The notes beneath the pieces are model-generated. The model was given only the letters and a program-made list of their open reading frames with translations. It did no database searches and was not told the origin of the DNA. From Eubacteriales bacterium (GTDB lineage Bacteria > Bacillota > Clostridia > Oscillospirales > CAG-272), in assembly GCA_045635225.1 (NCBI GenBank), contig JAZRBV010000060.1:91534-155533 (forward strand): a stretch of DNA of 64,000 bases, given 5' to 3'. A program made the translations under genes and the position numbers. Positions 25,885-36,400 of the stretch are shown in pieces (the first letter of the stretch is position 1; every line of letters begins with the position of its first letter).

Positions 25885-26779
25885 TTTTCTGTTTTTTTAG
25901 CTTTTCTATGACTAAATTTCGGAAATTTTCAGATCCTAATACTTCCACAAGTGGACCAAACGATAGTATTCTGATAACCATTTCCGTCTCGTCAGCTAAT
26001 GCATATTTAATTTTTACGAGGTAATGCTTCTTGTCAAGCTTCTCCGCTTGCTTCTCGAAGTGAGCAAAATGGAGCATAACTCTTTCAAGTGCATTTCTTT
26101 CGTCAAGCACCTTGAGAGTCATCGTGTCGTACTGCACTTCCCTCTCCTCACCCTCGAGAGTCTTCGGTCCGGTATAATGAACGCAGGAGCGCATCTTTGC
26201 GATGTTAACCGTTGACACCGCGTGCCATCCTGCAGTAACGACTCTGAACTTATCATCCTTCTCGGAATACTCAATTCTTTTCGGATGGCATCTGACGAAC
26301 ATCGATTTTCCGTATCTGTTCGTCATCTCAAACTTGATCTGCGTGCCGTTCCTAATAGCTTCAAGTATGACTCTAAATTTCTTTATGTACTCCTCGTCTT
26401 CGTACGGATCACCGTCACTGTACTTATCGTAAATGTGGTAGTCCTCAGAGGTGAATAAAGGTTCAACGTCATCAAATCCTTTGAATTCTACTCCGAATAG
26501 CTTAATTCTTGGATCGAGTGAAATTGCCTTGAGCCACTGCTTTTGTATTGTTGTCAGAGGCATCGTAGGCTTGTGCTCGATTGTAGTAGTCATATCCGAG
26601 TGAACAAGCTGCCATTTTTCGCTCTTGAGAGAAGGCATTATTGTTAGAATACTTTCTCCAAAAGCTCTATCTACAACCGCTTTTTGCAGTTCCTTTTCGT
26701 TATGCTCTCCGTCAATAATCCCCGATAGAATATCTGCTATCGCATTATAGTACGCTGAATAAAGCTCGCTGAATATCAT
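25868..26779 (-). CDS. WYL-domain protein (second of an overlapping pair)
   Basis: GKSMFVRCHPKRIEYSEKDDKFRVVTAG...STVNIAKM is a WYL-type beta-barrel pattern. ATGA overlap with the upstream gene. Confidence 0.55.
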   Translation of the reverse strand: MIFSELYSAYYNAIADILSGIIDGEHNEKELQKAVVDRAFGESILTIMPSLKSEKWQLVHSDMTTTIEHKPTMPLTTIQKQWLKAISLDPRIKLFGVEFKGFDDVEPLFTSEDYHIYDKYSDGDPYEDEEYIKKFRVILEAIRNGTQIKFEMTNRYGKSMFVRCHPKRIEYSEKDDKFRVVTAGWHAVSTVNIAKMRSCVHYTGPKTLEGEEREVQYDTMTLKVLDERNALERVMLHFAHFEKQAEKLDKKHYLVKIKYALADETEMVIRILSFGPLVEVLGSENFRNLVIEKLKKQKNCGLF

Positions 26780-28032
26780 TTGCCCACCTCCCCTATTCCG
26801 TACATGCGATACATTGTATCAAGATCAGACTTGAACTGATTTTCAAGCGTCTTGCTTGTGAAGTTCATATCTATTATACGGCATATAAAGGTTCTGATCC
26901 AAGGGATCATCTCGCTTACATCATAAACATCGGCTGTAAAGCGATAGGTGTTATCATCGATCTTCTCAACCTTTCCTACACGCTTTTCCCTCTCCAAACG
27001 TCTAATAATGTGTGCTTCGTCATCGGCAACCTTGACAGTGAAATCAACGTGCTCGAGCCTTTCAACACCCCATTTATTACGTTTGGTACTGACTCCCCAC
27101 ATCTTATCTTTCATACCATCGATCTGCGCACGCAACTCGTCAAAGCGAGGAGTTTCCTCTTCAAGCTTTATATTCGAGAGATAGTCAATGCGGTATGATT
27201 GGAAATTATTATAATCGGGCAGGTATGCAAGCAGATGCTGTCTGCCGCTTTGAACGCTGATGAATACCCTTAGCGGTATTATGCGATTTCTTCTCGGAGT
27301 ATCCTTTCTGCGACTAAGGTTAGAGACGCTTATAATTCTCTTTTCTCTCATCGCACAAAATATAGACGCTAACACGCCGCTATCTATCGCACCGGTTATA
27401 TAATGATGCTTGAAGGTAAAGGCTTCGGTATCTAACTCTTCCTTATCTAATATAAACGAGCCAATAACTCCGCACGGAGCAACCTCCGAATAATAGTGAA
27501 GAACCTCGTTCAGATCTTTTACGTCGGTGTCTTCGCTTCGACTATAAGAAACCTTTCTACCAACCTTTTCGGTTACTATGATACCTGCTTCGGTATACTC
27601 CTTCAGCTTCTTGCGCACAGTTGACTCGTCAAACATCATCGGGTTTTCAAATCCCGATAGATATTTCTCGTCTATCTGCTGCATGATTTCCGAAAGAGTG
27701 TATTTTACTGATGGATCATGTAAGATGTCGAATAGGATGAAATGGAGAGTAACGTCTCCATCGGTAAAGCTCTTAGCCTTCCATGCATTATAGAAAGGAT
27801 TATGCCTAATTGAACGGCTATCTATGGATATGAACACGTTCTTGCCTTCAGGAGTCCTGACGAAGCTCATGTGATCTCCAAGCCAACTTTCAATTCTGCG
27901 ACGCTCGTCATCATAGGAACGAGAGCTTTTCTTGCTATAATCGTCACGACTCTTGAAGCCATAAATATAGAACTCACGCATATAAGCGCGAATCTTTTCA
28001 AAGTTTTTAATTAACTCGCTGTATGATGACAT
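26776..28032 (-). CDS. WYL-domain protein (first of pair), putative regulator
   Basis: RNRIIPLRVFISVQSGRQHLLAYLPDYNNFQSYRIDYLSNIK is a WYL core. N-terminal FYIYGFKSRDDYSKKSSRSYDDERRRIESWL is typical of a Clostridial WYL family (from memory). Confidence 0.6.
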   Translation of the reverse strand: MSSYSELIKNFEKIRAYMREFYIYGFKSRDDYSKKSSRSYDDERRRIESWLGDHMSFVRTPEGKNVFISIDSRSIRHNPFYNAWKAKSFTDGDVTLHFILFDILHDPSVKYTLSEIMQQIDEKYLSGFENPMMFDESTVRKKLKEYTEAGIIVTEKVGRKVSYSRSEDTDVKDLNEVLHYYSEVAPCGVIGSFILDKEELDTEAFTFKHHYITGAIDSGVLASIFCAMREKRIISVSNLSRRKDTPRRNRIIPLRVFISVQSGRQHLLAYLPDYNNFQSYRIDYLSNIKLEEETPRFDELRAQIDGMKDKMWGVSTKRNKWGVERLEHVDFTVKVADDEAHIIRRLEREKRVGKVEKIDDNTYRFTADVYDVSEMIPWIRTFICRIIDMNFTSKTLENQFKSDLDTMYRMYGIGEVGK

Positions 28033-28154
28033 AACCTTCTCCTTTCTATGTTTTTATAATCAAGTTTCTGTATTTGTCTACCTATTACTAGTACACAACA
28101 ATATCACACCAAGAACGAAAAGTCCAGGATATGTTTTCTAAAATTATCAGTTTT

Positions 28155-28718
28155 CTATTTACCCGAACAGCTTCCACCTTGAAACGGATGTTTAATCGCC
28201 CATTGAACGCTGTTAGGTATCTCTTCCTTTTCATATTCCTTTTTTCTATTAGACCCTACAAAACCTTCTACAACGCTCTGAGGAAGTGGTTTTCCGGTCT
28301 CTGCAGAAAGAAGCTGATATTTTTTAAAAAAATAAGAATTGGCACGTCGACTTTCTGATGATATGAAGAATGAATTGCACTTCGGGCACTTCTTTATAAC
28401 AACTTTAACCATTCTACCTTCATTTTCAAAATAAAATGGAATGTTTTCCAGAGTTACTTTTCCGCATTTATGCCTAGTGCCAACAAACAATCTTTCTTCA
28501 ACAGGATATTCAACAATGGATCTATCATTATCCCTCTGTTTTTCAACAAACATATCATTTACACACTTTGCGCATATCAACTCAGAGGAATCTTCACTTC
28601 CCTTTCTATATACGGAGGTTGATTCAGTTATATACAGACCACAATTTTGGCAGTAACCATCTTCATGTCGCTTTTTCGGATAATATGTTACACCATTAAT
28701 CGTTTTCTTTTTTGCCAC
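28155..28718 (-). CDS. Hypothetical double zinc-ribbon protein
   Basis: CQNC...CAKC and CPKC motifs. No family recognised. Confidence 0.4.
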   Translation of the reverse strand: MAKKKTINGVTYYPKKRHEDGYCQNCGLYITESTSVYRKGSEDSSELICAKCVNDMFVEKQRDNDRSIVEYPVEERLFVGTRHKCGKVTLENIPFYFENEGRMVKVVIKKCPKCNSFFISSESRRANSYFFKKYQLLSAETGKPLPQSVVEGFVGSNRKKEYEKEEIPNSVQWAIKHPFQGGSCSGK

Positions 28719-28756
28719 TTTCCCACCCCTTTTATTTTACATTACAAAGTCGATGC

Positions 28757-29182
28757 TCATATAAGTATTCCATTGCAATGATCAATTTCATGTTGAATAA
28801 TCTGAGCAGTCCAACCGTTGAAATTCTTAATATGAGTTTTCATTTCAAGTGTTTGAAATTTCACTTTAATAGTTTTATATCTCTTACACTTACGTGGATC
28901 TCCGAGAAGAGATAGACAGCCTTCTTCGGCTTCATATATCCCCGACTTTGCAACAATCCCCGGATTGAGCATCACCGTGTAAATCGGAGCTCGTCCACTT
29001 TCATCAAGGAATGCGATAATACGCTTCCGCACGCCAATCATGTTAGCCGCCATACCAACACATCCCTCTCGATGTGCTATAAGAGTATCAAGCAAGTCCT
29101 GTGCTACATGCAAATCTTCTTTAGTTGCTACTTCCGATTTCCCAGCAAGGAATATCGGATCGTGCATTAGTTCTTTTATCAT
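28757..29182 (-). CDS. def: Peptide deformylase
   Basis: Motif 1 CVGMAANMIG, motif 2 EGCLS, motif 3 QHEIDHCNG. Confidence 0.85.
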   Translation of the reverse strand: MIKELMHDPIFLAGKSEVATKEDLHVAQDLLDTLIAHREGCVGMAANMIGVRKRIIAFLDESGRAPIYTVMLNPGIVAKSGIYEAEEGCLSLLGDPRKCKRYKTIKVKFQTLEMKTHIKNFNGWTAQIIQHEIDHCNGILI

Positions 29183-29520
29183 TCTTCCTCCAACAAGCGA
29201 CTCTCAAATTCGAATGGAAAAATTACACCGCAAGGATAAAGATCATCCACCTTCCATTCTGTATCATTAGCATATTTTTCTTCCAAATTACCGTAATCAC
29301 GCATTTCTTCTGTCATTTGATCGACGGCAAGATTGTAAATTCTCTCGTAGATATCCGAAAGTTCTTTGCACTTACTAAATCCGTTATAATATATTTCTGG
29401 CTGTAATGCATATCTTTCAAGTCTATCTGCCTCGTCATCAGATAATTCCACATCTATCCATGATTCACCAGAATCACCTTTGCCGAAAGTACAATAAGCA
29501 GTAAATGTATATTCTTTCAT
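29179..29520 (-). CDS. Hypothetical protein
   Basis: ORF overlapping def by 4 nt. No motif recognised. Confidence 0.4.
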   Translation of the reverse strand: MKEYTFTAYCTFGKGDSGESWIDVELSDDEADRLERYALQPEIYYNGFSKCKELSDIYERIYNLAVDQMTEEMRDYGNLEEKYANDTEWKVDDLYPCGVIFPFEFESRLLEEE

Positions 29521-29536
29521 CCTGCACGCTCCTCAT

Positions 29537-29908
29537 TTAACAATTTACGTAACTAGCTATTGCTGTCGAAGCGAATTCGGCAGTTCCTTCTCCGTATTTG
29601 TCTATATTCTTCTTGAATCGCTCATCAACAACATACATCTTGCCAAGTCCCGCAAGAATCTCAGCGGTACATGTATAATAGTTGGCTGTTATATGCGCCT
29701 GGAGCTTGACAACAAGAGATTGAACTCTGACAGAATCTGCACTCATGCCACTCTGCATATAGTTTGCAAACTCAGCAAATATCTCCATCAGTCCTTCGTT
29801 TGCCTCTGCCCATTTTTCTTTTGTGTAGTTTTTCGTTTTGTGTTCGTGCTCTCTATAGGCAGCAGTGACACCATAAAGTTCACGAACTTCATTATCAAAG
29901 CTTTTCAT
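29537..29908 (-). CDS. TipAS-like (antibiotic-recognition) domain-only protein
   Basis: ...WAEANEGLMEIFAEFANYM...LVVKLQAHITANYYTCTAEILAGLGKMYVVDERFKKNIDKYGEGTAEF pattern. ATG at 29908 lies 6 nt after GTGAGG. Confidence 0.5.
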   Translation of the reverse strand: MKSFDNEVRELYGVTAAYREHEHKTKNYTKEKWAEANEGLMEIFAEFANYMQSGMSADSVRVQSLVVKLQAHITANYYTCTAEILAGLGKMYVVDERFKKNIDKYGEGTAEFASTAIASYVNC

Positions 29909-30290
29909 TATAAACCTCACAAATCTTTGCAAGTATTTCTTCATCTGCCGGGCAGAACTCATAGTTCGAGATCTCGCTTGGCGTTATCCATTTAATATCG
30001 TTGTGTTCTATTTTTTGCGGTTCACCTTCTGCTATAGTAGCGTTAAACAAAGTCAAATGCACCTTCAAATCTGGATACTCGTGAACTACATCCATAAATG
30101 CATCATCAACTGAAAGAATGATATTCAATTCTTCCTTGCACTCGCGAATGAGAGCTTCTTCTTTTGTTTCTCCTGGTTCTACTTTGCCCCCAACGAACTC
30201 CCAAAGCAAAGCTCTAGCTTTATTAGCAGGTCTTTGGCAAATCATAAACTTATCGCCCTTCCAAATAAGAGCTGCAACAACTTCTGTCAT
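29895..30290 (-). CDS. Nudix (MutT-like) nucleoside triphosphate pyrophosphohydrolase
   Basis: Nudix box GGKVEPGETKEEALIRECKEELNI. 1-nt overlap with the upstream Type IV enzyme gene. Confidence 0.8.
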   Translation of the reverse strand: MTEVVAALIWKGDKFMICQRPANKARALLWEFVGGKVEPGETKEEALIRECKEELNIILSVDDAFMDVVHEYPDLKVHLTLFNATIAEGEPQKIEHNDIKWITPSEISNYEFCPADEEILAKICEVYNEKL

Positions 30291-33200
30291 TATCCTACCA
30301 CCAACTTGTTAGTCTTCTTTAAATATTTAGCTGGAATAGCATCATCTAATCTCCATGTAACATTCATAGGGCGAGAACCGTTGTGTGTCACATAGTTTGC
30401 AGTTCCTAAGTATGTGTATGGAGCTGTATTTCCGTAAACATCATTTTTGAACTCGCGTACAAAGAGCAACACTTTGCTTCCCATGCTTCTATGTTTAATG
30501 TACCTTTGTCCAACGCTTCCCTCTGCATTAGTTGTACTCTGGCTCTGCCAATGGAAGAGCGTTTCATTAATTGAATAGTCGTTATACATCGTAGTGGGAG
30601 AATAATCCTTATCCGACTTGTTCAATGTAATGAAGAAAACATCAATCTTCTTATCTGGCAACCACTTAACGCCTTCTCGAACTGTATTAGGCTTTAAGAA
30701 GTCCATTGCCACCAAAAGCTGATCACGCGAGTAAGTGCAATGCAAATCAAGGGGACAATCAAATCCCAAATTCACAGGTGAATCTATGAAATCTATTCTA
30801 TTGAAGTTATACTCTAACAATTCAATTAACTCGTTTCTTACTACAGGACTATCGGACAAAGCATATAAGTTGTCAAAAACCTCTTCCGATTCCAAATCCT
30901 CAGTCGCATTTCCCCAAATGGTAATGTAGAACATCTGGAACATTCTCTTTTCGATGGGCGAAAGTTTTGATACATCGAAATTATCGATATCGTTCAACAT
31001 TTTCATCATGAATGAAATCCATCTGCGAGAATCTACAGAAGCGAATCTACTTAATGCTTTGGTAACAGCTTCTTCAGCCGGTTCACTGTAATCGTCAATT
31101 ACACCTGCTCTAGCACAAAGTCTAGAGAACGAATCGAATTTATAAAGAGATCTTGCGTCTATTCTATAGTGGTCGAGGAAATTGCTTAGTGTTAGCTTAA
31201 CACCCGTGTCTTCCTCAAAAGTCGCAATTCTTGAAACAAGACCCGCGCTGTTTCCATACGATGCCCTAATATTATCAAGTATGTACTTAGCTGCCTTCTT
31301 TTCAAGCTGAATATAGCAACCCTTAGGTAAAGAAACAAAACCATCTTTTATTTCTCTAGTCACACCTCTAGTTGTGTTAGAAAGAAGCGCAGAAAACTTG
31401 TCTTCAAAGTTATACTTTTTATTAGCCTGTCCTATGAAATCAAGAACTGTCAAACACTCCTTGTCCTCAGACAATCTCAATCCACGACCCAACTGCTGAA
31501 GGAATATTGTTAAGGATTCAGTCGGTCTTAAAAATAGAACAGTATTAACTTCCGGTATGTCTACTCCTTCATTATAAATGTCGACTACGAATATAAAACG
31601 CACTTCTCCACTTACCAGTTGATTCCTAGCATTTTTACGTTCATCGTCCTTTGAAGCTCCGGTAAGCACCATGGATTTTATTCCGCGTTTATTGAAGTGA
31701 TCAGACATGAATTTAGCATGTTCAACTGTTACACAGAAGCCTAATCCTTTAACAGCATCTATATCAGTAACGTATTTCAGCACAGAACGTACAACCAAAT
31801 CGGCTCTTTTCTCTGCTATTATTCCGCTTAAAGTATATATCTTTGAGAGCTCATTTCTATCGTATCCACCAGCCGCCCATTTCAATTTATCGAGATCGAC
31901 ATTATCGGTTACTCCAAAATATTGGAAAGGACACAACAATTTTCTATCAATTGCTTCTGGTAATCTAATCTCAGCTGCTACCCTGTTGTTGAAATATTCT
32001 AAGATGCTTCTACCATCCATTCTCTCGGGAGTAGCAGTCAAACCTAATAGAATTTTCGGAGTATAGTGTGCCAACAAAGCTTTGTATGAGGGTGCCGCTG
32101 CATGATGGAACTCATCCACTACAATATAATCGTAATAATCAGCGCTTGTTTTTTCAACAAAATCTTTAGAATTAAAGGTCTGAATAGAGATAAAGAGATT
32201 GTCAATGCTCTCCGGTTTACTATTACCTACGAACAGTTCACCGAAGTTTGCATCCTTCAAGACAGCGCGAAATGTGTACATGCTCTGTCTAAGTATTTCT
32301 TCTCTATGGGCAACAAATAACAGTCTACACGGTTTGCCTGGATTCTGTTTTCTAAACCTCTTGTAGTCCAATGCAGAAATGATTGTTTTTCCGGTTCCGG
32401 TTGCTGCTACTACAAGATTCCTATACTGACCTCTTACTCTACGCTCTGCGTCTAGTCTATCAAGGATTTCTTGCTGATAGGAATACGGCACTATATCCAC
32501 CGTGTACATTTCAGCATCATTAGTATCAAAGTATTTTTCTGCTTTCAAAGCTCGCGCAAGTCGTTCTTTTTGATCTTCTGAATAATATTCGAACTCTGGA
32601 GAATTCCAATAGCTTTCAAAAGTTGCAGAAATCTTTGTTATAGTTTCGGGCAAATCTTGTTTTGTTACTTTTACATTCCACTCCAAGCCGCTTGACAAGG
32701 CTGCATTTGACATGTTAGAAGAACCAACATAGGCTGTTGTGAATCCTGTGTCACGATAAAATACATACGTTTTAGCATGTAAACGAGTCCTCTTGGTATC
32801 ATAACTAACCTTAATCTGTGTGTTTGGCAATTTGCGAAGTTCTTCTATAGCCTTAACATCTGTCGCACCCATATATGAGGTCGTGATAATGCGAAGCTCT
32901 CCACCTTTTTGCGTAAATGCAGTAAGCTCGTCCATGAGCAAACGCAGTCCACTCCACTTAATGAAGGAAACCAACATATCTATTCTATCGCACGATACTA
33001 TTTCCTTCTTAAGTTCTGTGTACATCTGAGGCTCATGGATTGCTCCCGTAAACAGTGAGCTTTGTGCTATGGAGGTTTCCGGTCTTGTTACTTGAATGTT
33101 ACCATCAAATGCAGCCATAGTATTTCTTGTATCTACTAAAGCAAGCAATTGCTCGGCTCTCTCATCTACCGCCATACCCGCAAATTCTTGCTCTGAAGTT

Positions 33201-33451
33201 TCACTTCTAATTGTCGATACAATTTTGTTCGCAAGAGAAATCTGGCTAAATATATCTCCACCATTATCGGCTACATTGTCGAGACCTTTCTCTACAATTT
33301 CTGCGATATATTTGGAGAGTATCTTTGAAGCTTCAGCTCTATCTATAGGCGCAGTTTGGGAGGCTTGATCCACTAATGAATCAAGCTTTTCACCGAGCGA
33401 TAGATTAATTACTTTTTCGTACAATCCGGGTTTTAACATAACATTCTCCAT
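30290..33451 (-). CDS. SauUSI-like Type IV modification-dependent restriction enzyme (PLD nuclease + SF2 helicase + DUF3427)
   Basis: HKD motif LHAKTYVFY...GSSNMSNAA. Helicase motifs VVAATGTGKT, VVDEFHHAA, LGLTATPER, QQLGRGLR. C-terminal FFITLNKSDKDYSPTTMYNDYSINETLFHWQSQS...VLLFVRE is DUF3427-type. Confidence 0.7.
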   Translation of the reverse strand: MENVMLKPGLYEKVINLSLGEKLDSLVDQASQTAPIDRAEASKILSKYIAEIVEKGLDNVADNGGDIFSQISLANKIVSTIRSETSEQEFAGMAVDERAEQLLALVDTRNTMAAFDGNIQVTRPETSIAQSSLFTGAIHEPQMYTELKKEIVSCDRIDMLVSFIKWSGLRLLMDELTAFTQKGGELRIITTSYMGATDVKAIEELRKLPNTQIKVSYDTKRTRLHAKTYVFYRDTGFTTAYVGSSNMSNAALSSGLEWNVKVTKQDLPETITKISATFESYWNSPEFEYYSEDQKERLARALKAEKYFDTNDAEMYTVDIVPYSYQQEILDRLDAERRVRGQYRNLVVAATGTGKTIISALDYKRFRKQNPGKPCRLLFVAHREEILRQSMYTFRAVLKDANFGELFVGNSKPESIDNLFISIQTFNSKDFVEKTSADYYDYIVVDEFHHAAAPSYKALLAHYTPKILLGLTATPERMDGRSILEYFNNRVAAEIRLPEAIDRKLLCPFQYFGVTDNVDLDKLKWAAGGYDRNELSKIYTLSGIIAEKRADLVVRSVLKYVTDIDAVKGLGFCVTVEHAKFMSDHFNKRGIKSMVLTGASKDDERKNARNQLVSGEVRFIFVVDIYNEGVDIPEVNTVLFLRPTESLTIFLQQLGRGLRLSEDKECLTVLDFIGQANKKYNFEDKFSALLSNTTRGVTREIKDGFVSLPKGCYIQLEKKAAKYILDNIRASYGNSAGLVSRIATFEEDTGVKLTLSNFLDHYRIDARSLYKFDSFSRLCARAGVIDDYSEPAEEAVTKALSRFASVDSRRWISFMMKMLNDIDNFDVSKLSPIEKRMFQMFYITIWGNATEDLESEEVFDNLYALSDSPVVRNELIELLEYNFNRIDFIDSPVNLGFDCPLDLHCTYSRDQLLVAMDFLKPNTVREGVKWLPDKKIDVFFITLNKSDKDYSPTTMYNDYSINETLFHWQSQSTTNAEGSVGQRYIKHRSMGSKVLLFVREFKNDVYGNTAPYTYLGTANYVTHNGSRPMNVTWRLDDAIPAKYLKKTNKLVVG

Positions 33452-36400
33452 TAATTGTGCTTGTTCTTTCTATAATGAGGACATAAGTTAATAAACAACT
33501 CTCTTAATTCTTTTTCGTCATCAGTCTTGTCTAGTATGTATTCGAGAAGTTCCTCTTGCCGTGCCTGGCCTAGAGTAAGTCGATACAAGGATAGAATCTT
33601 GATCATTCTTTCATAAGCAGAAATATCTCTACTGAAAGGATACATTGGAACAATTCTTTCGATCCTAACCATATCTTCGGTTTCTGGCACACCCCAAAAA
33701 GGAATGAGGTCAGAGGAATGCTGATTTTTTCTAGTTGTATCTTGAACCGCAATCTCGAACATCTCGCTCCATACATCATTTGCAAATGTTGAACTTCTGT
33801 ATCTTTCCGCAATATTCTGCCTTATAGCGAGGCATTCAAAACGATTTATGCGACCTTCACGTTGTTCTAGATCAATCGGATTTGATGGCAAATTCCAATG
33901 CACTATCTTTCTACAATAGTTATGGAAATCTAACCCCTCTTGACCAATTGATGTTGAAGCAAGTACAAAAGGCCTAAATGGAGAGTTGAACGCATTACGA
34001 ACGCTTTTCTTACGATCTGTCGATTTATCAGAATTACCCTCACCTTTAGTGAAAGCTACTGCAAAATGAGTTCTCAGTGTGGTAGGCTTTGCTTTTCCGC
34101 CTGATACTCTTTGCTTGAATGCATTAAGAGTATCGATGCCATATAGCGTTGTTCTAATAGACATTGAATCTACAATAACATTATGCAATCTTTGAATGGT
34201 AGTTTTATCTTTATCCAATCCGTTCGTGATAAGATGTGCGTATTCATCAAACATAGCTTGAATATTACCATCTTTACAATAGCTGATAAGATTACGCCAA
34301 TGCGCTTCCTCTGACTTGCCATAGCACAGTTCAATAACCGCAGTTGATTCTGGGGTGTTCATACGATTAATAAAAATCTTTGCTACATGGCTAGCAAGTA
34401 CAGAATCACACCCATTCTCTCCATATAGATATCTTCTATATGTACGGTTAATGCATACTGCAGGTGAAGCGATTGCCATATCAGTTAATACTTCCACTAA
34501 ATCTTCTGGCATTTTACCAAGAGAATCTGCATTTGATATCAAATCCAATCGAAGCTTTAACAAGGCCAATACATGCTTCATGAAACCTATCTTTTTCTTG
34601 TTTCCACCTTCACTATCTTCCGTTTCGGATAGTGAACCAATCTTATCAGACCAAGAATCAAAGTAGGTTTCAGAATCAAGAAGCATCGGGGCATAATAGT
34701 ACCATCTTTTGTCGACAACACCTTCTTCAGTTGTCTTAAATTGGTTCAATGCCTCTTTGATTATTGCTTTTACTCGGCTTTCTATTTCCCGTAATGAAAG
34801 TCCTTCATTAAGACATTCAATGGGATCATAGCAATTAGTGAGAAATTCAGATGGATAGATCAAACAAAATAACGACATCGCATTAGGCTGATCATCATTA
34901 ACTGCAAAGTTTAATCGTGGTAATGGGAATCGTCTTCTTTTTGCGTTAGCACTAGCATCCTCGGTGTAGAAGTAACGCACATCCTCGCCTATTTTTTTTG
35001 CTAATTTTCCGACTGATTTTCTCTCGGCTTCATAGGAAAGCATTCCAGCAATCATTCGCGGAACCATCTCCCATGATGAGAAAACTAGCACTTTACTAAA
35101 GTGCTCAGCATCTTTGTACGCTCCCCTAGGCTCATAGTAAGGTAATGATGGCGGAACCCATAAGAGCATCTCAGCATTCTTTGCGAATGCGTGTTTTTTT
35201 AAAACTTCAAGACGAGCATTTCCACTTGGAATTTGCTCATACAAGTCAAGCTTATTTTTATTGATCCAAAGAGCTGGTTTGTTAACCTTTCCAACTTCAG
35301 CTGGCTTGGATTTGAAATACTTTTCTATATTGCGCTTTAGCTGATAATCTCTCATGAAGGTCATCAGATAAGGTGTAGACTTTATGTAATCGACTGGTAC
35401 GTGGTATGATGCTCCTATCTCATCAAGGAGCTTTTGCGCGGAAATATATGCTACCACATCCTGTTCCAAAACATCAACAGGCACTTTTACAGACGAATCA
35501 TCAATAATATCTGCATTCTCAGCTGCGGATACTCTTTCTGTTCTACACACCTTTTCATACATTGCATCTTCCGCTTCGCTCTTGGCAAGCAACAATGTTG
35601 CATCGCCAGAAGATAACTCCTTGAGCTTAACAGAATAATTATTCCAAACGCTCTTAAATGCCTCGTGCTCCTCTTCGCCATTGTTAAGGAATCCCATGAC
35701 ATCCAAAAACTCAGAATAATGCTCATCCACCTGATTATCGTCAATTTCCTCAAGTGTTGAATACATCTTATATGGTGTGGCGGAAAGCAAGAGCATTCTT
35801 ACATTATTTGAACCAAAGAATTTTCTTGCCAACATTCCTGTCTCAGATTCCGGATCGGAATTTATGAGATATTTGAAGCGCTGAAACTCGTCCATTATCA
35901 CTAGATCTGGTTCTAGTTTATCAAGACTAATTTTCGAATACAAAACTCGAAGACCTCCAATAGCAGAATTGTTATTGGTTCTCTTCATCCCATTAGCACG
36001 GATAGAAAGACACATTTCTATTATCTTCGAAAGAAGCGTTTCACCCTCTGCATTCACTTCATACAATCCGCGTTCTGTAGCTTCTAACATATATTGCAGG
36101 TAAGAATTGTTCGAAGTCTTATCACAAGATACAACCTCTTGTTCATACCAATCCCTATATGATTCCCAAGCACCAAACGCCCAGTCCATCATTGCTACTT
36201 CGAGTTCTGGCAAATACTCTTGTAATGATGGTATTCTGCGCAAAAATGCAAACATAAGTGCTCGTTCTGCAACAGTTCCAGCTCCAGCTGTTATCCTAAA
36301 TGATGTGTCGGGAGTAAGCGGAATCAATTGAATATATCTGCTTAACAGGTCTGTATCGTGTTCCTGTTTAAAGATATTCAAGTGCTGCATAGAAAGGCGA

